Positions 17,301 through 21,952 of a DNA stretch of 21,952 nucleotides are shown in pieces. A program made the position numbers and the translations under genes. Positions within the stretch are counted from its first letter, which is position 1. Each line of letters starts with the position of its first letter. The DNA is taken from NCBI GenBank assembly GCA_964013405.1, contig CAXGWI010000049.1, positions 1 to 21,952 on the forward strand, given 5' to 3'. The stretch is from an uncultured Myxococcales bacterium (GTDB lineage Bacteria; Myxococcota; UBA4151). The notes beneath the pieces are model-generated. The model worked only from the letters and a program-made list of their open reading frames with translations. It was not told the origin of the DNA and did no database searches.

Positions 17301-19318
17301 TCGTTCTCCAGGCGCAGGGTGATGGGTTCCACCAGCCGTTCGCCGATAGGGACCTGAAGGTTCACAGCACCCGCTTGATTCATCAGCACCCGTCCCGCCC
17401 GAAGCAAACGAATGCGATGGGGAGTCCCGGCGCCGACGGTGACCGTCAATTGGGTGGTTTGATCGAAGTCCTCACCCTTTTCGGCCCGGACCCCCAAACT
17501 TAATTCCCCAGCGGTTTCCGCACCCGTAATGAGGAAATTGAAGCGGCCCAATGGATTTGTGTAGCCACTGCTCGGACTCACCATGAGGCCATCGGGTGGG
17601 CTCAGGGTGATGGCAGCGTCAGCCACACCATTTCCGGCTGCGTCGCGGACGTGCACAGCCAGGGGACCGAAATTTCCGCCCAGCAAGACGGCGATTTGCT
17701 CGGCCGGCTCCGTCAGCACGGTCGTTGGTGGTCCAGGCTCGAGAAGTACGGGGATTTCTTGGCGGAGCTCCTGTCCATGGACTTTGACCACCAAGGTGAT
17801 GGGCCGGGCCACGGTCGCTGGACCGTAGGCGCAGAGGTCGAGGCGAACCGTGCCATAGGCGGGGTTTGCCGTGCCGTTGATTTCTTCCCGACCATCCGTC
17901 AGGGAGAACTCGGGGAGTCCATCCCCCTCTGGATTGCATTGTCCTTCTTGGGCGAGGCGAAGCGCCGAGGCACCGCTCCAGCGCACCAATTGCAAGTCGA
18001 GACGAGTCTCTGGAACCAGACTCGACTGGCGGTCCCGGGCTTCGATGATGATTGAAAAGGGCTCACCTGGTTCTGCTCTGCCTAACTCCCGATCCTCGTC
18101 GCCAGCCCTCGCTGTTAATTGGTGGACCGGCTGCGCCCAAAGGGCCACCCAGGCTCGAGCCTGCACGACCGGATGATCCACAAGGCTCGCCTGAAGGGCC
18201 ACTGGCGTTGGCAGTGAGATCGGGCATTGGACAAGGGCATGGATCTGTCCGGATGCGTTGGTGACTTGGATGGGGTTTCCAATCAATTCCAGAGCGTTGC
18301 CGTTGAGGAGGATCGCAACCCCCGAGGCTGGTCTGCCCTCCGCGTCGAGCGCTTCAAAGCGGATGGGGGGGGAGACCAGGCCGGGTTCGCAGCGGATGGT
18401 TGGCTCTAAGTCCGCTTCCGTGGCGTCGATGGCACGAATCAGAGCCGGGTCGGCCGACCGGGTGCTGCCTTGAAGCGCAAAGCTTCCATCTGGACTCCCA
18501 GGGAGATGGTCCCCATGGATTCGCCCAGGCAGTGTCAACTTCAGGGTCCAAGGGCCGATGCGCTCGCCCCCCGATAAACAAAGGATGGCCCAGCCCGCTT
18601 CGCCCCCTGTCCTCGCCACCGCCTGAGGCTCAGCCAGAGGGGCGCCACAGGTCCCACCTGCGCTGGAATGAAGGCGAACAGGGACCGCTTCATTCGCAGG
18701 GACGACCGGAGCCGACGCGTGGACCTCGATGCCGTCGATGGGATTGCCTTGTTGCCCTAAGACTTGAATCTTGAGTTGGACAGCCTCTCCATTGGCGATG
18801 ATTGAAAAGGGTGCAGCCGTGGGCAGCGGGTCCACTCGGCCCTGCTGCCAGTCCACGATGCCCGAAGCGCCGAGATCAAAGCGGATGGAGAGTTGCCGTT
18901 CGTCCGGGACCAACTTGAGTTCTAGTGTTGTCGAGAGATCAGGGCGTGCGTTGGCACGGGCGGTGAAGGTGACCTCACCAGCCGTACCTGTGGAGATCAC
19001 GAGGATGGAGCAATGACCTTCTGGATTGGTGGTGCAAGCGTCACCTTCGGGAAAGCGAAAACGTTCGAGGAAGTCCTGTTGCTGAACGCTGAGGCGCACG
19101 CCACTACCCGCTAAGGGGCCCGTGTTGGATCGGATCTCAATCTCGACCCTGAGTGGCGTGCCGACGAAGATCGCTGTTGGATCCAGTGGGTCACCAGAGA
19201 GGGCATCGCTGAGGCCTTTGATTTGGATTTGGCTTGGACCCTCGTCACCTGTTGGCAATTCTGGAAGTGACTGTGCACAGGCCGAAATCAGAACCAACAG
19301 GCTGCCGAGGTAACGCAT
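14363..19318 (-). CDS. Large (~1650 aa) lipoprotein: Ig-like (Big_1/invasin-type) repeats + FG-GAP + WD40-like propeller + degenerate myxobacterial Cys motif
   Basis: Lipobox ISA-C. Repeated D.xGNP..G / T(N/D)..G motifs (VRDAAGNGV, VNDALGNPK, TNASGQ, TDDGGQ); DLDGDGDLDLA; FSPDGNSL, FSADGSW; C-terminal CGNGRLDSGETIDEG. Start ATG 19318 preferred over GTG 19345. Confidence 0.8.
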   Translation of the reverse strand: MRYLGSLLVLISACAQSLPELPTGDEGPSQIQIKGLSDALSGDPLDPTAIFVGTPLRVEIEIRSNTGPLAGSGVRLSVQQQDFLERFRFPEGDACTTNPEGHCSILVISTGTAGEVTFTARANARPDLSTTLELKLVPDERQLSIRFDLGASGIVDWQQGRVDPLPTAAPFSIIANGEAVQLKIQVLGQQGNPIDGIEVHASAPVVPANEAVPVRLHSSAGGTCGAPLAEPQAVARTGGEAGWAILCLSGGERIGPWTLKLTLPGRIHGDHLPGSPDGSFALQGSTRSADPALIRAIDATEADLEPTIRCEPGLVSPPIRFEALDAEGRPASGVAILLNGNALELIGNPIQVTNASGQIHALVQCPISLPTPVALQASLVDHPVVQARAWVALWAQPVHQLTARAGDEDRELGRAEPGEPFSIIIEARDRQSSLVPETRLDLQLVRWSGASALRLAQEGQCNPEGDGLPEFSLTDGREEINGTANPAYGTVRLDLCAYGPATVARPITLVVKVHGQELRQEIPVLLEPGPPTTVLTEPAEQIAVLLGGNFGPLAVHVRDAAGNGVADAAITLSPPDGLMVSPSSGYTNPLGRFNFLITGAETAGELSLGVRAEKGEDFDQTTQLTVTVGAGTPHRIRLLRAGRVLMNQAGAVNLQVPIGERLVEPITLRLENEVGGGMAGLGLSAVAAGDQPEGCGQIGPDNMVTDDGGQVILGGDHGVVLAAGHAVTLGGDDHCEFNLQHGAVIQPLRIIQTPGPPVGGSLEAVVDDGPEQFLAHQSPPAEFSAQNSQAIRLSVNDALGNPKVGLRVWLNVTNCWTDERIQLLDAQGQATWRVAGGRNHARPCVIQPAIAEPWPQAPTLNLELDGYPLPELNGLRIATAADNGPGFTLHNTTFFRLEDAAASTRFHLDLADGYAPIRPADLDGLPGECFRADQAEGGGDPYQGCTKAELWTVDINAEGDLNRSKVRDLPIDAVAQDGGWIYFTEVDHADLGDGRELEIRLVEPNGEVGDPVQIYAHPPHRWTELTPGGLAVPILVGANAGDLKILGGQRHQLDDDPFLEAVLCGVDDRGGWVQVMDQEGEAFRFHGHRTWSHGPNPVSPYAPQVARLACPLTDLDGDGDLDLAQPTGTHANYLLPRIAFLPGTGSAPFFAAPTEVPFTAGQLNQPLIQLDFTGPPQTLWFADGGGRAGEVALQQSPFAGDPEGVFGQVDLGDNGSHFNRVPFDTARLPGIGGMTTYSWSSSGFHYRTSIFANQTLPGGPLLPPNTDAARPLRVPPEAGHASIDLWTMDAEEQTIALLLSDNTVRFIDAITWKLKRTLQRPDEGHTGFRLSADHQTVVSSDGEEVLVWDVNSGLIFARLPGYRPAIDSGGRWLALLTGPNQQATVQLYDLLAPEAPQASWASEVDSPELALAPGGERIAVAGCDELNCRLILLDQELTPLRQWPECGGGDSNQRVLAFSPDGNSLFCNRQWGSLQAYDLYGERRYILPGGPRMTAGMSPLQKEALYGLDGCGLHRLRDGFKLVELGSWKCARPFFSADGSWAASHKRGDGWNGISLFANSPWAEGTVNPTLEDSEIGRSMDGYHHVTIDKLLGQGAATDRFVVTYGQQDLRVRTLSTWRRHCGNGRLDSGETIDEGQPWEGTGRDVHCGAD

Positions 19319-19343
19319 CAACTTGCCGTCCAATTGCCATCTC

Positions 19344-19352
19344 ACGGTAGCA
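19344..19352 (-). promoter_or_regulatory. Candidate extended -10 element (TGcTACCGT) for the large lipoprotein gene
   Basis: TGn+TACCGT 25 nt upstream of ATG 19318. It overlaps the alternative GTG start. Confidence 0.3.
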
Positions 19353-19424
19353 AGGGAGCGCTGGAGCGGGAAGGGGGCGAAGGGAAACCCGCTTGGCTTG
19401 TGAGGCTCTTAACGGTGGGGCAGC

Positions 19425-20498
19425 TTAGATTCGACTCTGGGCCTGTAGGCGCCGTGTTTGGTCTTCCTTGATGAGCGCCTCGATCATCTTGCCCACTTCG
19501 CCATCTAAAATGCCCGAGAGGTTGTGGACGCTCAAGCCGATGCGGTGGTCGGTCACCCGATCTTGGGGGAAGTTGTAAGTGCGGATTTTTTCGCTGCGAT
19601 CACCGCTGCCGACCATCGCTTTGCGGTCCGCTGCCTCGCTGGCTTTGGCTTCGGCCTGGCGCGCTTCATAGATCCGGCTGCGCAGCACCGTCATGGCCTT
19701 GGCCTTGTTCTTGTGTTGAGACTTCTCGTCCTGACAGATCACCACCACACCGCTGGGGATGTGGGTGAGTCGGACCGCCGAGTCCGTGGTGTTCACGCTT
19801 TGTCCACCGGGCCCACTGGCCCGAAACACATCGACCCGGATATCGTTGGGGGCGATGCTCACGTCCACCTCCTCGGCCTCGGGCAAAATAGCCACGGTCA
19901 CTGCTGAGGTGTGGATCCGCCCTTGGGATTCGGTCTTGGGGACCCGCTGGACGCGGTGGGTGCCCGCCTCCCATTTGAGGTGCCCAAAAGCTGCTTCGCC
20001 GGCGACCCGAGCGATGATCTCTTTGAAGCCGCCCGCGGTGCCGGGGTTGCTTTCCATGGGTTCCAACCGCCAGCCCTGACGCTCGCAGAGCCGCTGATAC
20101 ATGCGGAACAAGTCGCCGACGAACAAAGAGGCTTCGTCACCACCGGTGCCGGCCCGAATCTCTAAGATGCAGTTCCGGTCGTCGTCTGGGTCTCGGGGCA
20201 AAAGGGCTAAATGGAGTTGTTCGGTTAATGCCTCAGCCTGGGCTTTCAACTCCGGTAACTCCATGGCAGCCAGCTCGGACAACTCCGGATCACTGCCGTC
20301 GGCGAGGACCGCTTCGTAGTCGGCGATCTCCGCAGCCACTGCCTTCGACTGGCTGTCCAATTCGACGATCTGCTCCAGGCGCGACCGCTTGGTCGTCAGC
20401 TCCCGAAGTCGCTTCGGGTCCCGGGCTAAATCGGGATCACCCAACTGCGCGGTCAACTCATGGAACTGTTCCACCAACTCGGCGATGCGGCCTTCCAT
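19425..20498 (-). CDS. prfA: Peptide chain release factor 1
   Basis: [22 protein letters not shown] (PxT = RF1), SGPGGQSVN (GGQ), [16 protein letters not shown]. True start ATG 20498 with GAGGA at 20505-20509; 357 aa. Confidence 0.97.
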   Translation of the reverse strand: MEGRIAELVEQFHELTAQLGDPDLARDPKRLRELTTKRSRLEQIVELDSQSKAVAAEIADYEAVLADGSDPELSELAAMELPELKAQAEALTEQLHLALLPRDPDDDRNCILEIRAGTGGDEASLFVGDLFRMYQRLCERQGWRLEPMESNPGTAGGFKEIIARVAGEAAFGHLKWEAGTHRVQRVPKTESQGRIHTSAVTVAILPEAEEVDVSIAPNDIRVDVFRASGPGGQSVNTTDSAVRLTHIPSGVVVICQDEKSQHKNKAKAMTVLRSRIYEARQAEAKASEAADRKAMVGSGDRSEKIRTYNFPQDRVTDHRIGLSVHNLSGILDGEVGKMIEALIKEDQTRRLQAQSRI

Positions 20499-20555
20499 GA
20501 TATGTCCTCGCGTCGATGGGCCCGTCTCTTGGGAAGTCCAGGTCCGTGTTTGGCC

Positions 20556-20584
20556 AACAAAAAGACCCCCGTCGCCGGGGGTCT
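20556..20584 (-). terminator. Rho-independent terminator between rpmE and prfA
   Basis: Minus strand AGACCCCCG-GCGA-CGGGGGTCT-TTTTGTT: 9-bp stem, GNRA loop, U-tract, ~40 nt after the rpmE stop. Confidence 0.85.
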
Positions 20585-20622
20585 CGGCAGGGACTGGGCC
20601 GGGGCGCCAGTCGCTGGAATGC

Positions 20623-20937
20623 CTAAGCCTCTTCGGCTGCGGCCTCTTCGGTGGTCTCCGCCTCGGCTTCGGCGTTCGCCGGCTGAGCAGCTGCTTGCTT
20701 GGCCGCATAACGGCGACGGAAACGATCGATCCGGCCCTCGGTATCCACCAGCTTTTGCTTACCGGTGAAGAAAGGGTGGGTGTGACTGGTGATGTCGCAG
20801 TTGACGACGTAGTGGTCGACACCGTCGATGGTTTTGGTGTCGGCGCTCGTCATCGTCGAGCGGGTCACGATCTCATCGCCGGTGGACACGTCCACGAAGA
20901 CGACAGGGTGATATTCGGGGTGGATGCCTTCTCGCAT
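20623..20937 (-). CDS. rpmE2: 50S ribosomal protein L31, type B (Zn-independent), with acidic C-terminal tail
   Basis: [16 protein letters not shown]...[30 protein letters not shown]; no CxC/CxxC; AAGGAG SD. Confidence 0.95.
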   Translation of the reverse strand: MREGIHPEYHPVVFVDVSTGDEIVTRSTMTSADTKTIDGVDHYVVNCDITSHTHPFFTGKQKLVDTEGRIDRFRRRYAAKQAAAQPANAEAEAETTEEAAAEEA

Positions 20938-21102
20938 GATCCAGCTCCTTCCAAGTTGAGGCGGGCTCCCCTACGGGGCCAAAAGGGAGCCGTCAAGCGA
21001 AGAAGGAATAGAGAAAGCTCCGAGGACTCAGCATCTTGTCCGATGGCCGTGAACTGGTCTAAGGAGGGCCTGTAGCTCACTTCCGAGGTTCCCCAGGCCC
21101 TT

Positions 21103-21952
21103 ATGTGTGGAATTTTCGGCGTCTACTCGGCAGACCCTCAGCGGACTTTTCAAGCAGAAGAACTGGCGCCTCTCGTCGATGCGCTCGTGCATCGTGGTCC
21201 AGACCACCAAGACCTCCGCCGGGGGCCGGGCCTCGCCTTTGGGCACACCCGTCTTGCCGTGCTGGACCTGGGTCCCCAGGCCAACCAACCCATCGGTGAT
21301 GGGCCAGCCGGCGAATTGGTCTACAACGGTGAGATCTACAATTTTCGGGCCCTCGGTCTCCAGATCGAAGAGCCTGGACTCGACGGCGCCGGTGATACTC
21401 GAGTTCTGCTGAGTTGGTTGCGCCAAGAGGGGATGGAAGGGTTGCCCGAACTCAATGGGATGTTCGCCTTCGGCTTCCACGATCGGCAGCGGGACCAACT
21501 GCATTTGGCCCGGGACCCGATCGGTCAAAAACCCCTCTACTACCTCATGCACGACGAGTGCGTTTGGTTCGCCTCTGAAGCCCAAGTGTTGCGAGCGGTC
21601 CCCGGCTTTCAGGCCCGGCTCGATCCCCAAGTGCTCTCTGTTTACATGGCCACCGGGACCACCGAACTCCTCGATGGCCGGACGCTGGTCGAGGGCATCC
21701 GGGCTTTACCGGCCGGGGCCCAGATCGCCTGGGATCGGGATGCGGTCAGAAGCGGTGTCGCCCACCCGGTGCACTGGTTTGACCTAGAAGCGCTCCCCAC
21801 CCCGGTCGGTCGCATCCGCGAGCATGTGGCCATGAGCGTGAAAGACCGACTGGTCTCCGAAGTGCCACTGGGCGCGATGTTGAGTGGGGGGGTGGACTCA
21901 GCCCTGCTGGTCAGCCTGATCGCAGAGCATCGGCCCATGGAGGGGTTTAACA
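21103..21952 (+). CDS. asnB: Asparagine synthase (glutamine-hydrolysing)-family amidotransferase, truncated by window end
   Basis: Translated by hand from ATG 21103: MCGIFG, HRGPD, GHTRLAVLDL, VYNGEIYNF, LNGMFAF, LARDPIGQKPLYY, FASE, LSGGVDS. No stop in the window, so it is absent from the ORF track. Confidence 0.93.
   Translation, partial: MCGIFGVYSADPQRTFQAEELAPLVDALVHRGPDHQDLRRGPGLAFGHTRLAVLDLGPQANQPIGDGPAGELVYNGEIYNFRALGLQIEEPGLDGAGDTRVLLSWLRQEGMEGLPELNGMFAFGFHDRQRDQLHLARDPIGQKPLYYLMHDECVWFASEAQVLRAVPGFQARLDPQVLSVYMATGTTELLDGRTLVEGIRALPAGAQIAWDRDAVRSGVAHPVHWFDLEALPTPVGRIREHVAMSVKDRLVSEVPLGAMLSGGVDSALLVSLIAEHRPMEGFN

Noticed and set aside
19365..19393. Possible terminator after prfA (AGCGGG...CCCGCT)
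   Set aside because: Short stem, 17-nt loop and no U-tract.
20499..20822. N-terminal extension of the 465-aa prfA ORF in the track
   Set aside because: It overlaps rpmE2 out of frame and crosses a terminator. RF1 homology and an SD start at ATG 20498.
21028..21938. Minus-strand ORFs 21028-21630 and 21642-21938
   Set aside because: Antisense shadows of the motif-rich asnB frame on the plus strand.
4160..21952. Lasso-peptide cluster (AsnB-like cyclase + S9 isopeptidase)
   Set aside because: The two genes are ~14 kb apart across housekeeping genes. AsnB keeps the Cys2 glutaminase domain, and I see no B protein or precursor.
1..21952. CRISPR arrays, tRNA/rRNA genes, IS or integrase genes
   Set aside because: No spaced direct repeats, RNA-gene signatures or transposase/integrase motifs seen by eye; intergenic gaps are all short.

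Overview
GC-rich bacterial window, probably from a Myxococcota/deltaproteobacteria-like lineage (inferred from myxobacterial-type Cys motifs and lipoprotein density). Left to right: (1) an NCKX-like Ca2+/cation antiporter with a 13-Glu tract; (2) two overlapping paralogous class III adenylate cyclases; (3) a ~8 kb minus-strand cluster (4160-12300) with four genes that together encode six truncated MotA/PomA-like 'mini-stator' modules. These modules lack the cytoplasmic torque domain, and one pair is fused to an intact S9 serine peptidase. The cluster also holds two unknown lipoproteins, a small beta-barrel-like protein and a lipid-anchored amidohydrolase, but no motB/exbD/tolR; (4) three more lipoproteins (small Cys-motif; Pro-rich with duplicated Cys domain; ~1650 aa Ig/FG-GAP/WD40); (5) prfA and a type B rpmE separated by an intrinsic terminator; (6) the 5' part of an asnB-type amidotransferase that the ORF track missed. 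The best candidate for an undescribed system is the mini-MotA array: a repeated [module+module+one extra TM helix] unit, a Glu in TM4 of four modules, and tethered extracytoplasmic hydrolases. All family assignments are by-eye motif recognition; no searches were run.
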